From: Vulcanimicrobiota bacterium
Lineage (GTDB): Bacteria > Vulcanimicrobiota > Vulcanimicrobiia > Vulcanimicrobiales > Vulcanimicrobiaceae
Direction of reading: 5' to 3'
Length of the DNA: 64,000 bases
Assembly: GCA_963724935.1 (NCBI GenBank)
Contig: CAVRWK010000003.1
Location: 75,697 to 139,696 of the forward strand
This document shows positions 31,979-42,500 of this stretch, piece after piece. The position numbers and the translations under genes are program-made. Each line of letters opens with the position of its first letter. Within the stretch, counting starts at the first letter, position 1. The notes under the pieces are model-generated. The model ran no database searches. It was given only the letters and a program-made list of their open reading frames with translations, and was not told the DNA's origin.

Positions 31979-32889
31979 GCCGAGTTATCGTTCCAGAGCT
32001 TCGCACGCGCCGTCGATCGGCCCGGCAGAGTCGTCGATCGTAGGTAAACGCGGCGCGTTCGAGCGCGCGCAGCAATCCGCGCATCGCGCGGTCGCCGGCT
32101 TGCGCGGCAGTCGCAGACGCGGACAACGTCTCGCCTTCGATCGCGCCGATCAGTCGCCACACGACCCCGCGAACGCGCACGGCCGTCAGCGCGCGTTGCG
32201 ATCGGCGCGCAGAACCAGTAAGCGCATCTTGCAGTTGGTCGCGCCGATCGTACGCGGGGGCATCGCCGGCGCTGCGTCGGCCGCCGGCGGCGCCGTGCGA
32301 ATGTCTGCAACCGCGGCCGCCGGCGCGCGATCGCGATGACGATCAGCACGATGACGATGCAGATAACGCACCGAGCCCGAGGACCAGACGATGAGGCCGC
32401 GCGCGGCGCAGAGTCGACGAGCTGTCTCGCATCGCTTGCTCTCGGGGCTCGTCACCGGCGAGCCCGCCCCGGTAACGTCGAGGTCACGGATTGGTCGAAT
32501 ATTGCTTGGCCTTGCCGTCGTGAGCATCGATGGCTTGCAGCGTCGGCCGGCGCGAGCGCGATCTTCCCGGCGTGGTGCGCGGCGACCGAGATCGTTTCGC
32601 GATACGTCGATCCGCCGGGCGCCGCGCTGACTTGGCGCTCGTCGCCGAGCAGTTCGACGACGCCAGCAGCGGAAGTTCGAGGTTGTCGATCGAGCCGACG
32701 TTCTCGCGTACGTGCAACGTGACGATCAAGTGAAACGGCACGTCCACGTGCGGCGTCGCCGTGTCCGACGACAGCGTGAAGCGTTGCACCGTCAGATGCT
32801 GCAGCGGCGCCGCGCCGGCTGTGCCGGAATGCCAGAGCGCGATCGCGAGCGCTGCGAGCGCTCGCGATAAGCCGGCGGATTCGAACCAT
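31975..32889 (-). pseudogene. BatD-like / unknown secreted-membrane protein of the MoxR cluster, frame-shifted
   Basis: Likely N-terminus [29 protein letters not shown] (signal-peptide-like, itself split over two frames). Then [43 protein letters not shown] / [39 protein letters not shown] / [22 protein letters not shown]-like VICIVIVLIVIAI follows. The end ...LWNDNSA* overlaps the moxR ATG (ATGA). Family assignment is weak. Confidence 0.4.
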
Positions 32890-33950
32890 TGCGTGAAGAG
32901 TTGTACGCGCGTCGAACGGACCGGGCGACGCTTCGGGGTGAAACTGCACGCCCGCGATCGGCAGCGAGCGATGGCGGAAACCTTCGTTGGTGCCGTCGTT
33001 GAGGTTGGTCATCGTGGCTTCCAGTTCGACCGGTAGCGATGCCGGCGTCGACCGCATAGCCGTGATTGTGCGCGGTGACGATCACTTCGCCGCCACGATA
33101 TCTTTCACCGGTTGATTTCCGCCCCGATGACCGTACGGAAGTTTGTACGTCTTCCACCGTAAGCCAGCGCCAGCAATTGGTGCCCCAAGCAGATGCCGAA
33201 CAGCGGCTTGCGTCCGATCAACGCACGCAAGCGTCTCGATCGTTTCCGGCAAGTCGGTCGGATCGCCGGGTCCGGGCGAAATGAAGACCGCCTGCGGAGC
33301 GGTGGCGAGGACGTCGTCGCTCGATGCATCGTACGGCAGTACCGTTATTCGAGCGCCTAGTGCTTGGAGTTCCCGGAGAATCGCGCGTTTGACGCCGCAA
33401 TCGATCAGCGTCACCGCGTATCCCGCCTGCCGGGCCTTCGACGGTCGCGGTTCGAGTTGCGACGCGAGGCGACCAAGCCGGCATCCGTATCTCCGCGCAC
33501 GAATTCGGCAAGCTTGCGTTCGGCGTCGGCCAACGCGCCCTCGCCAACCGCCAGCGCACCGGCGATCGTTCCGTGCTCGCGCAACGCGATGGTAATCGAC
33601 CGCGTGTCGGCGCCGATGAGCGCGGGAACGCCTTGCTCGTCCAGCCACGACGACAAATCTGTTCGACTCAGATGGTGCGATGGGTGCGTTGCAATCTGCT
33701 TGACCACGGCGCCTGCGACGCAAGCCCGCGAATATTGGGATGCGCTACCCGAAATGCCGTAGTTGCCGATCATCGGATAGGTGAACGTCAAAATCTGACC
33801 GGCGTACGACGGATCGGTCAGCGCTTCTTCGTAGCCGGTCATGCCGGTGTAAAAGACGGCCTCACCTAGCGCCAATCCGTCGGTCAAGCCGTAGCCGTCG
33901 AAGCGGCTCCCGTCGGCAAGAAACAGGGCGGCGGCAGGCGAGGAATGCAT
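32880..33950 (-). pseudogene. carA: carbamoyl-phosphate synthase small (glutaminase) subunit, >=6 frame changes
   Basis: Segments: MHSSPAAALFLADGSRFDGYGL...AVFYTGMTGYEEALTDPSYAGQILTFTYPMIGNYG / YAVTLIDCGVKRAILRELQALGARITVLPYD...VFISPGPGDP / KPLFGICLGHQLLALAYGG / TYKLPYGHRGGNQPV / [13 protein letters not shown] / [24 protein letters not shown]. They are spread over three frames. The 3' boundary is uncertain. Confidence 0.8.
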
Positions 33951-34003
33951 CGGCCGTTCGGGTTAGCGCCGGGCCGGGCGGGTCCCTTGGAGGAGCGCTC
34001 GCC

Positions 34004-35515
34004 CTACTCCGTATCTACCGGCGTGTAGTCGGGTGGCAACTTCATGAAGTATGCCCGATCGTGGCTCGGATTCTCGGGTGCGATCGGCACGAACTTCCGC
34101 GGTTTCTTCGTAAAGTCGAAAACGTCCGTCAGATTGTTGGCCCGCACGTCGGTCGTGTTCAAGCTATCGAGCCCGAAGGTCGTCTCCATAAACTTCAAGA
34201 TGCTGCCGAACTCATATTGCGTGTGCGAAACGTAGCCTTTCTTGGCATAGGGTGAAATGACGAGCAGCGGAACCCGAAAACCGAGTCCGCGATAATCGAG
34301 TTGCGGCGGCGAAATGTGATCCCAATATCCGCCCCAATCGTCCCACACGATGATGATCGCGGTCGAATTCCAGTACTTGCTCTCACCGATCGCGTTGACG
34401 ACGGAGGCCACCCAATCGGGCCCCGTATCGACCGACTTGTAGTGTTGGATACTGTAATGGTCGGACTCCACGCCGGTCGGGATCACCCAGCTAACCCCGG
34501 GCAGCGCAACTGGGCCGGGAGTGTTCGGTGTCGGACACGGGCTCGTAACCGTCCCAACGTCGCAGAACACGTTGGTGTTGGGCCATGAAACGCAGTTAAC
34601 CGTCGCGTTGCAGGTAAACGGCACCTTAAATTTCGTCGGCCACTCACTGCTATAACGTACGGCGGAGATGCCGTCGAAGGCGTTCCACATTTGTCCGCCG
34701 TCGTCGGGCCACGGTGGGACGTAATATCGCCAGCTCACGCCTTTAGCTTCGAGCGTGTCGCGCATGGTCTCGTACGTCATGCACGGGAAAGGACCGGCGA
34801 GATTATACTGTTGTTTCGAACTCAGCAGTGGCGTCTGCGTGTACGGGGTGTCGTCGCAACCCCACTTGCTGGCGCCATGGTCCTCGGGGAGATCGACTAA
34901 ACTCTCCCCTTTCTCGTAGGTTGCATCGCCTCGAATCAGCGTTTGATGGGCGGTATAACTCGCGCTGAACTCGGTGGGAAACATGCGATCGCCTAAGACG
35001 TAACTTTTTGCTAACGCCCAGTACGGCCTGATATCGCCCGGATCGGTAACGCGATAGACCCAGTTTTTCTTCGGGTATTGCAGGCTATCGACGTATGCAA
35101 ACCCGTCCATTCTGCCGTCGTCATATTCCATTTTGAACGTCGGACAGTAGGTATGGCCGGGATCGTTTATTCCGGCTAACGGCTGATGGAACTTGATCTT
35201 GATGGGCGTCGGACTGGGGCCGGGGGTCGGTGTGTTCAGCGCCGGACACGGGCTCGACGCGGTCCGCGGACCCGGCTCCGCGCCGGAACCAGCGGCGGTC
35301 GTTATACAGTCCGTTCCCTTAAAGCAATCGAATAAGTTGTCGAACGTGCGATTCTCTTGCACGATGACGACGATATGCTGGATCTTTCCGCCGCTGGCTT
35401 GTTGTCTGGCGAGTGCCGGAAGATCGCCGGTTGCGGTCGGGGTCGAAGCGCCCGAGCATCCAACCGCTATGCTAACCGCTAGGAGACATAGTAGAGCAAC
35501 GACTTTCTTCGACAT
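34004..35515 (-). CDS. phosphoesterase-family lipoprotein (non-haemolytic PLC / AcpA acid phosphatase family), copy 2
   Basis: ORF 34004..35584 trimmed to ATG 35515 (MSKKVVALLCLLAVSIAVG-C). PF04185-type motifs [66 protein letters not shown]. Confidence 0.8.
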   Translation of the reverse strand: MSKKVVALLCLLAVSIAVGCSGASTPTATGDLPALARQQASGGKIQHIVVIVQENRTFDNLFDCFKGTDCITTAAGSGAEPGPRTASSPCPALNTPTPGPSPTPIKIKFHQPLAGINDPGHTYCPTFKMEYDDGRMDGFAYVDSLQYPKKNWVYRVTDPGDIRPYWALAKSYVLGDRMFPTEFSASYTAHQTLIRGDATYEKGESLVDLPEDHGASKWGCDDTPYTQTPLLSSKQQYNLAGPFPCMTYETMRDTLEAKGVSWRYYVPPWPDDGGQMWNAFDGISAVRYSSEWPTKFKVPFTCNATVNCVSWPNTNVFCDVGTVTSPCPTPNTPGPVALPGVSWVIPTGVESDHYSIQHYKSVDTGPDWVASVVNAIGESKYWNSTAIIIVWDDWGGYWDHISPPQLDYRGLGFRVPLLVISPYAKKGYVSHTQYEFGSILKFMETTFGLDSLNTTDVRANNLTDVFDFTKKPRKFVPIAPENPSHDRAYFMKLPPDYTPVDTE

Positions 35516-35522
35516 CGCCGAT

Positions 35523-37025
35523 TTACTCCGTATCGACCGGTGTGGTGTCGGGCCGGCGCTCGAGGAAAAACTGCGCGTCTTCATTGTTCTTCAAGGGTTT
35601 AATCGGAACGAACGCGCGCGGCTTCTGATTAAAAAAGAACGAATCGGTGATATTGGCCGCACGTCGATCGGTCGTGCCCAAGCTGGGCAACCCGAACGTG
35701 CTCTCGATGAATTTTAAGACGCTGCCGAACTCGTATTGCGTGTGCGAAACGTAGCCTTTCTTGGCATACGGCGAGATGATGATCAACGGGACGCGGAAAC
35801 CCAAGCCCGCATAATCGAGTTGCGGCGGCTTAACGTGATCGTAGAATCCACCCCAGTCGTCCCAGAAAATCACGATCGCGGTCGAGTCCCAATACTTGCT
35901 CTCGCCGACGGCATTAACGACGGACGTTACCCAATCCGGTCCGAGGTCAGTTCCTTGTCCGTCGGCGTGATCGGATTCTTCATTGGTCGGAATGACCCAC
36001 GACACCGCGGGTAACACTGCGGGTCCGTTGGACTTTGGCGTGGGGCACTTTCCGCCGGTCTTACCGGCGATGTCGCACAAAATGTTCGTGTTGGGCCACG
36101 ATACGCAACTGCCGGTGCAGTTGAAGTTCTTCGACGACGGCCATTCGTCGCTGTAGCGCACGGCTTTGACGCCGTCGAACGCATTCCACATCTGACCGCC
36201 GTCGAACCCAAAGGGCGGCGCGTAGTATCTCCAGGATATCTTGGCGGCGTCCAACGTATCCCGGATCGTTTCGTACGTCATGCACGGAAACGGTCCGTTG
36301 CGCACGTAGAGATGTTTCGAGGTGATCAGCGGCGTCTTGCTATCCGGCTGGTCGTCGCAGCCCCAGTTGCTGGTACTCTCGCTATTCCAGGGGAAGTCGA
36401 CCAAACTCTTACCGGTTTCATACGTCGTATCTCCCCGAATAAGATCCTGGTGCGCCGTGTAGCTGCCGCTGAATTCCGTCGGGAACATGCGATCGCCAAG
36501 CACGTACTGCGATGCCATATCCCAATACGGCTGGATCTGCTTCGGATTCGTCACTCGATACGTGTACGACTCACACGGCTTGTGGAAGACGCAGTCGGCT
36601 TCCCAATAAAAACCATCCATCCGCCCGTTATCGTACTCGACTTTAAATCCCGGACAATAGAAGTGGTTGGGATCCAGGTCCACGAGCGGGACGTTGAACT
36701 GCAGCGCAATCGGCGTCGGGGTCGGTCCCGGCGGAAGCGTGTGCAGTGCCGGACACGGACTCGGCTCGGACGACGGGCCCGGCTTTGCGCCGGGGCCGGG
36801 CGCCGTCTTTACGCACTCGGTTCCCGGAAAGCAGTCGAAGAAATTATCGAACGTACGATTCTCTTGAACGATGACGACGATGTGTTTGATCTTGTTGCCT
36901 TGTCCCGCGTCTGCCAACGAGAACGCTTGCGCACCGGCGTAACCGCTGGGCATCGGCGTACCGGAGCAACCGACCGCGACCGCGACCGCTAGCACGAGAC
37001 ATAATGAAATCACGGACCTCAACAC
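35523..37025 (-). CDS. phosphoesterase-family lipoprotein (PLC / AcpA family), copy 1
   Basis: 500-aa ORF (GTG 37025; GTG 37013 with GAGG upstream is an alternative). Lipobox VAVAVG-C. Same motif set as copy 2 ([51 protein letters not shown]). Confidence 0.8.
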   Translation of the reverse strand: MLRSVISLCLVLAVAVAVGCSGTPMPSGYAGAQAFSLADAGQGNKIKHIVVIVQENRTFDNFFDCFPGTECVKTAPGPGAKPGPSSEPSPCPALHTLPPGPTPTPIALQFNVPLVDLDPNHFYCPGFKVEYDNGRMDGFYWEADCVFHKPCESYTYRVTNPKQIQPYWDMASQYVLGDRMFPTEFSGSYTAHQDLIRGDTTYETGKSLVDFPWNSESTSNWGCDDQPDSKTPLITSKHLYVRNGPFPCMTYETIRDTLDAAKISWRYYAPPFGFDGGQMWNAFDGVKAVRYSDEWPSSKNFNCTGSCVSWPNTNILCDIAGKTGGKCPTPKSNGPAVLPAVSWVIPTNEESDHADGQGTDLGPDWVTSVVNAVGESKYWDSTAIVIFWDDWGGFYDHVKPPQLDYAGLGFRVPLIIISPYAKKGYVSHTQYEFGSVLKFIESTFGLPSLGTTDRRAANITDSFFFNQKPRAFVPIKPLKNNEDAQFFLERRPDTTPVDTE

Positions 37026-37100
37026 ATCTTCTCAGTTACGAGGTCTCGATGCCAGTCCTCCCGCGCGCATGCCGAACGCTTGCTTCGTCGATAACCGAGG

Positions 37101-38384
37101 TTATAAATCTTCGCAAAATGCGACGTTTCCGCCGACGATCGTCGCGACGATCCGGCGCGGAAGCGTTCGTCCGGCGAACGGCGTCACATGGCCTTTGGAG
37201 GCAAATTGTTGCGGGTCAACGCGCCACGGCCGGTCGGCGAACACCACCGCGTCGCCCGGACTTCCGACCCGAAGCGATCCGCCCGGGATGTTGAGAATGC
37301 GCGCCGGAGCAGTCAACAAGACTTCGACGTAACGCCGTAGCGACAAATCCTCGATCGCATACGCCAGCGCGCCGGCCGCAATTTCCAATCCGGAAAACCC
37401 AACCGCGGCGTGTTCGAAATCCGTCAACTTCTCTGCATCGGTGTGCGGTGCGTGATCGCTGGCGCACGCGTCGATGCTTCCATCGCGCACGCCTTGGCGC
37501 AGCGCCGCTACATCGGCATGCGTTCGCAGCGGGGGGTTGACTTTAGCGGCCGATCCAAGCGTCGCTACGAGCTCGTCGGTAAAGGCCAGATGATGCGGCG
37601 TCACCTCGCACGTAACGTGCGTCGCCTGCAACTTCGCCGCCCGCACGAGATCTAAACCGGCGGCGGTCGTAATGTGTGCGATGTGCCAGCGCTTGCGAGT
37701 TTCGATCGCGATCGTGCAATCGCGTGCGACGATCGACTCTTCGGCAATCGCCGGACTTCCGTGCAGACCCAATCGCCTCGATGTCACGCCTTCGTTCATC
37801 ACACCGCCGGCCTTAATGCCTTCGTCTTCGCAATGCGAAATGAACGGCGCTTCGCCCGACGCCGCCAACGCCGCCCGCACCAACAGTGCGGTATCCTCCA
37901 CGGTCGAGCCGTCGTCCGAAAACGCCACCGCGCCGGCGGCCTGCAGCGCGTGATAGTCGCACAGCTCGCGCCCGAGCCGGCCGCGCGTGATCGCGCCGAT
38001 CGGATAGACGCGGCACCTCGCGCGTTCGGCGGCCGCCGCAACGACGGCGCGCAGGACCGCCGGATCGTCGAGTGCCGGTTCGGTATTCGGCATGCACGCG
38101 ACGGCCGTGAATCCGCCTCGCACGGCCGCATGTGTGCCGGTCACGATCGTTTCCTTTTCGGGAAACCCGGGTTCGCGTAAGTGGACGTGCATGTCGATGA
38201 ACCCGGGCGATACGAACGCGTTGCGTGCGTCGATCGCGATGTCCCCACCTTCGAGAACGATGTGCTCGCCGATCTCGACGACGATACCGTCGCGAATGCG
38301 CACGTCTCGGAGGGCGTCAACGCCGATCGACGGATCGACCAATCGGCCGCCGGCGATCACGACGCCACCGCCGCCGGCGATCAA
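37101..38384 (-). CDS. pyrC: dihydroorotase
   Basis: 427-aa ORF with metal-binding motifs GFIDMHVHLREPG, ISHCED, HIAHITT, ASDHAPH. 4-nt overlap with pyrB. Confidence 0.9.
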   Translation of the reverse strand: MIAGGGGVVIAGGRLVDPSIGVDALRDVRIRDGIVVEIGEHIVLEGGDIAIDARNAFVSPGFIDMHVHLREPGFPEKETIVTGTHAAVRGGFTAVACMPNTEPALDDPAVLRAVVAAAAERARCRVYPIGAITRGRLGRELCDYHALQAAGAVAFSDDGSTVEDTALLVRAALAASGEAPFISHCEDEGIKAGGVMNEGVTSRRLGLHGSPAIAEESIVARDCTIAIETRKRWHIAHITTAAGLDLVRAAKLQATHVTCEVTPHHLAFTDELVATLGSAAKVNPPLRTHADVAALRQGVRDGSIDACASDHAPHTDAEKLTDFEHAAVGFSGLEIAAGALAYAIEDLSLRRYVEVLLTAPARILNIPGGSLRVGSPGDAVVFADRPWRVDPQQFASKGHVTPFAGRTLPRRIVATIVGGNVAFCEDL

Positions 38385-39283
38385 CGCCGTCCGTGTACCA
38401 AAAAGTCGAGCACGGCCATCCGCACCGATACCCCGTGCCGCACTTGCTTGGCATAGCGCCAGCCGGCAAAATCGAGCACGCAGTCGTCGAGTTCCATGCC
38501 GCGATTGTACGGACCGGGGTGCAGGATCACCGCGTCGTCGCGCACCTTCTTCAACCGCGTACGATCGAGACGGTAATCGCGCACGTACTCCTCGTCCGTC
38601 AGCGGCATCGACGCAAACCGTTCGCGCTGGATGCGCAACAGCACGACTCCATCCGCTTTGGGCAAAACCGCATCGAAGTCGCGCTCGACGCGTACGCCCG
38701 GGCCGGCGTATTCGTCCGGGAGAAACGGCTGCGGTCCCACGAGTACGACGTCGGCGTGGGCGTGTTTTAAGCCTGCGATCAACGAATGCGCGACGCGGCT
38801 GTGCGCGACATCGCCGACGATCGCGACCGTGCGTCCTTCTAAACCGCCGAACTCCTCGATCAGCGTATACATATCCAGCAACGCTTGCGTCGGGTGCGCG
38901 TGCGTTCCGTCACCCGCGTTGACGACATGCCCGTCGAACACCGCGCCGAGCCGCTCGGCAAAGCCACTCTCCGGGTGACGCACGACCAACACGTCCACGC
39001 CCATCGCGCCCAGCGAGATCGCGGTGTCCTCGATGGTTTCGCCCTTGGCCAAGCTCAAGTCGCGCGGCGACAGATTCACGACGTCGGCGCCCAGACGAAG
39101 TTCGGCCAGGTTAAACGACGTGAACGTGCGCGTGCTCTCCTCGAAAAACGTATTGACGCAGGCAACCCGATCGAGCAGGCGTCCGGGAGGCGTGCGTTCG
39201 AACTCGGCGGTACGTTCGAAGACGTAGCGCAGATTGTCGGGATCGAGATCGGTCAGATCGATGAGGCTATGGCGTATCCGCAA
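38381..39283 (-). CDS. pyrB: aspartate carbamoyltransferase catalytic subunit
   Basis: TTG start. Motifs FFEESTRTFTSF, HPTQALLD, VAIVGDVAHSRVA, LHPGPYNRGME. Overlaps the pyrR end by 17 nt. Confidence 0.9.
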   Translation of the reverse strand: MRIRHSLIDLTDLDPDNLRYVFERTAEFERTPPGRLLDRVACVNTFFEESTRTFTSFNLAELRLGADVVNLSPRDLSLAKGETIEDTAISLGAMGVDVLVVRHPESGFAERLGAVFDGHVVNAGDGTHAHPTQALLDMYTLIEEFGGLEGRTVAIVGDVAHSRVAHSLIAGLKHAHADVVLVGPQPFLPDEYAGPGVRVERDFDAVLPKADGVVLLRIQRERFASMPLTDEEYVRDYRLDRTRLKKVRDDAVILHPGPYNRGMELDDCVLDFAGWRYAKQVRHGVSVRMAVLDFLVHGRR

Positions 39284-39809
39284 CGACCACTACCTCATCG
39301 GATGCGGCGCGTTGTGCTCCCAGCGACACTGCCACGCGTTCGCCCACGCTGGTTGGAATCACACGGCCGACGTAATCGGGTTGGATCGGCAACTCGCGCA
39401 ACCCGCGGTCGATCAGCACGCATAATCGAATTGCCGACGGACGGCCGAGATCCGTCACCGCGTCGAGCGCTGCGCGAATGGTGCGCCCGGTGTAAAGAAC
39501 GTCATCGACGATCACCACGGTGCGGCCGGTCACATCGACTGGGATTCGCGACTCCGCCATTTCGTGCGTGACGCGGTCGTCACGGTACAGGTTGACGTTC
39601 AGAAAGCCCAACTCGGGCGGGGCGCCGCCGATGCGGGTGATTTCAGCCGCCAGACGCGCCGCGAAACCTTCGCCGCCGCGGCGTACGCCGAGCAGCACGA
39701 CGCCATCGCGCGCCTCGGACGGTTCGACGATCTCGTGTGCGAGGCGCGCGCAGGTGCGGGCGATTTCGTCGTCGCGAATGACAACGCGATGACGCGTGGC
39801 CGCGTTCAT
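39267..39809 (-). CDS. pyrR: bifunctional pyr operon regulator / uracil phosphoribosyltransferase PyrR
   Basis: 180-aa ORF with the PRPP-binding loop TVVIVDDVLYTGRTIRAAL and PyrR-type N-terminus. Its ATG overlaps the valS stop (ATGA). Confidence 0.9.
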   Translation of the reverse strand: MNAATRHRVVIRDDEIARTCARLAHEIVEPSEARDGVVLLGVRRGGEGFAARLAAEITRIGGAPPELGFLNVNLYRDDRVTHEMAESRIPVDVTGRTVVIVDDVLYTGRTIRAALDAVTDLGRPSAIRLCVLIDRGLRELPIQPDYVGRVIPTSVGERVAVSLGAQRAASDEVVVVADTP

Positions 39810-42415
39810 GCGACCGAGTCCGTTAGTGCGTCGAGTGCGGATTGCACGCTCTTTTGCTCCAACCGGTATCCCTCAAGCTTGGCTCGCTCTTTCGCAACCA
39901 CGTCGGGCGCAGCCTTGGCGACGAACGCCTCGTTCGACAGTTTTCGTTCCAATCGTTCCACCTCTCCGGCCAAACGCGCCACTTCCTTGGTGTAGCGAGC
40001 CTCGAGCAGCTCGCGCGGAGCACGGGCGCGTAACGCGGCCAGCGCATCCTCCAGGGTGTCGCCGGCGGCGGGCGCGGGCTCGATGGCCGCAGCCGCAAAA
40101 TGCCCCAGCAACGCCGCAACTGCGGCCGGAACGTTGGCGGGCGTTTCCAACGTCAGCGGCGCACGCGGTTGCAGACCCATCTCGGCGCGCAGGTTGCGCA
40201 AACGTTCGGCCGCACGCTGCACCGATTCGAAGGCGGCAGCAGCATCGCGATCGACCGGCACCTCCAACGGGTCCGGCCACGTCGCGGTCATGATCGTGTT
40301 GCCGTCGTGCGGAATCGCCAGCCACACCTCTTCGGTAATAAACGGTTCGATCGGATGCAGCAAGCGCATCGCGTTGTTCCACACGAACGACAGCACCGCG
40401 GCGCGGGTCGGCAGGTTGTCTTCGATCTTGGTTGCCTCGAGGTACCAATCGCAGAACTCATACCACACGAAGCGCCACAGCGCATCGGCCGCCGAACCGA
40501 AGTCGTAGCGATCGTAGGCGCTCTCTACCGCTAGGATCGCGTCGTGCAAGCGCGTGAGGATCCAGCGATCGGCGATCGTGAGCGACTGCGTCTTCGGCAG
40601 AATGCGCGCGCCCGGCAAGCCTTCGGCTAGCGTCAACAAATAACGCGTCGCGTTCCAAATCTTATTGTTGAAGTTGCGCGCTTCTTCGCAGCGCGACTCG
40701 ACGAATCGTATTTCCTGACCCTCGAGCCGCATCTGCCGCAGAACGCCCATGCGGAATGCATCGGCTCCGTATTGTTTGGCCAACTCCATCGGGTCGATTG
40801 CGTTGCCGAGCGACTTTGACATTTTGCGCCCTTGCGCGTCGAACACCAGCGGCGGAACGAACACGTCGGGAAACGGCAGCTCGCCCATCACGTGCAGCCC
40901 CAGCATCACCATGCGGGCCACCCACAAAAACACGATGTCGCCGCCGGTTACCAACACCTGGGACGGGTACCAGCACTGCAGTTCGGTGGTCGTCTCCGGC
41001 CAGCCGAGGATCGAGAACGGCCAGATGCCGCTCGAAAACCAGGTGTCCAACGTGTCGGGATCGCGCACCAACGCGTCGGTGCCGAGGTCGCGCAGCGCGA
41101 TCTCGCGTGCTTCTTCTTCGGTTTCGGCCACCACCGGCGTGCCGTCGGGCGCGTACCACACCGGAAGGCGGTGCCCCCACCACAGTTGTCGCGAGATGTT
41201 CCAATCGCGAATATTCTCGAGCCACTGTTCGTACGTGCGGCCGTAACGCTCGGGAATAAAACGGAGTTGGCCGTTGTGATATGCGTCCAACGCAGGTTTG
41301 GCGAGTTCTTCCATGCGCGCGAACCATTGCAGCGATAGCATCGGTTCGATCGTATCGCCGGTGCGCTCGCTTACCGCCAGCGACATGCGATGCGCTTCTT
41401 CTTTCACCAAACGTCCGTCGCGTTGCAAGTCCTCGACGATGCGCTTGCGCGCTTCGTACCGATCCATGCCGTCGTACCGCCCGACCGCGATCTCCGCGCC
41501 GGTGATGCGCGCCTGTTGATCCAAGATCGACGGCATCGGCAACGCGTGGCGAGTGCCGATATCGTAATCGGTTGCGTCGTGTGCCGGGGTCACTTTCACC
41601 GCGCCCGTCCCGAACGTGCGATCGACGGCCGCATCGGCCACGATCGGAATCGCGCGGTCCAACAGCGGCGGCACCAGCACGTGGCTCCCGACCAGCCCGG
41701 CGTAGCGCTCGTCGTCGGGATGCACTGCGATCGCCACGTCGCCCAGGATCGTTTCCGGGCGCGTGGTCGCGATAACGATGCTGCGGCGCGAATCGTCACG
41801 CAGCGGATACGCGACGTGCCATAACGTCGCATCCCGCTCGACACGATCGACCTCGGCGTCCGAAACGGTGGTTTGGCCGCGCGGATCCCAGTTGACCAGC
41901 CGCCGGCCACGATAGATCCGGCCTTCGCGATATAAGCGTACGAACAGCGACCGTACGGCCGCTGACAGACCTTCGTCCATCGTGAAGCGGCTACGCTGCC
42001 AGTCCGGACCGAAGCCTAAAACGCGGAACTGCGATTCGATCGCGCCGCCGTACGTGCGCGACCAATCCCAAGCACGCTCGACGAATCGCTCGCGCCCCAA
42101 ATCGTCGCGCGTGACGCCCTCGCGAGCGAGATCTTTAATAACGACGGCTTCGGTCGCAATGGCCGCATGATCCAAGCCCGGCAGCCAGTCGGCATTGTTG
42201 CCGCGCATACGGTGGTAGCGCACCAGCACATCCATCGGGGTGTAGGTCGACCCATGCCCCAGATGCGCCCGCCCGGTAACGTTCGGCGGCGGCATGCAAA
42301 TAATGAAGGGCGGCCGCGCCGGATCGGGCTCCTCGTGGAAGTAGCCGTTCTCTTCCCAACGGCGATAGAGGCGTTCTTCGACCGTGCTCGGGTCGTATTG
42401 CTTGGGAAGGTCCAT
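39806..42415 (-). CDS. valS: valine--tRNA ligase
   Basis: 869-aa intact ORF with a HIGH-type motif (PPNVTGRAHLGHG), KMSKS (GRKMSKSLGN) and a C-terminal coiled coil. Confidence 0.95.
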   Translation of the reverse strand: MDLPKQYDPSTVEERLYRRWEENGYFHEEPDPARPPFIICMPPPNVTGRAHLGHGSTYTPMDVLVRYHRMRGNNADWLPGLDHAAIATEAVVIKDLAREGVTRDDLGRERFVERAWDWSRTYGGAIESQFRVLGFGPDWQRSRFTMDEGLSAAVRSLFVRLYREGRIYRGRRLVNWDPRGQTTVSDAEVDRVERDATLWHVAYPLRDDSRRSIVIATTRPETILGDVAIAVHPDDERYAGLVGSHVLVPPLLDRAIPIVADAAVDRTFGTGAVKVTPAHDATDYDIGTRHALPMPSILDQQARITGAEIAVGRYDGMDRYEARKRIVEDLQRDGRLVKEEAHRMSLAVSERTGDTIEPMLSLQWFARMEELAKPALDAYHNGQLRFIPERYGRTYEQWLENIRDWNISRQLWWGHRLPVWYAPDGTPVVAETEEEAREIALRDLGTDALVRDPDTLDTWFSSGIWPFSILGWPETTTELQCWYPSQVLVTGGDIVFLWVARMVMLGLHVMGELPFPDVFVPPLVFDAQGRKMSKSLGNAIDPMELAKQYGADAFRMGVLRQMRLEGQEIRFVESRCEEARNFNNKIWNATRYLLTLAEGLPGARILPKTQSLTIADRWILTRLHDAILAVESAYDRYDFGSAADALWRFVWYEFCDWYLEATKIEDNLPTRAAVLSFVWNNAMRLLHPIEPFITEEVWLAIPHDGNTIMTATWPDPLEVPVDRDAAAAFESVQRAAERLRNLRAEMGLQPRAPLTLETPANVPAAVAALLGHFAAAAIEPAPAAGDTLEDALAALRARAPRELLEARYTKEVARLAGEVERLERKLSNEAFVAKAAPDVVAKERAKLEGYRLEQKSVQSALDALTDSVA

Positions 42416-42500
42416 GGGTGGGCCTGCGTTTCGCGCCGCGCAGACCGGACCCTCGAACTACGGAATCTTATGCGAGCCGTAATCCGGCCTTAATGGCCGC

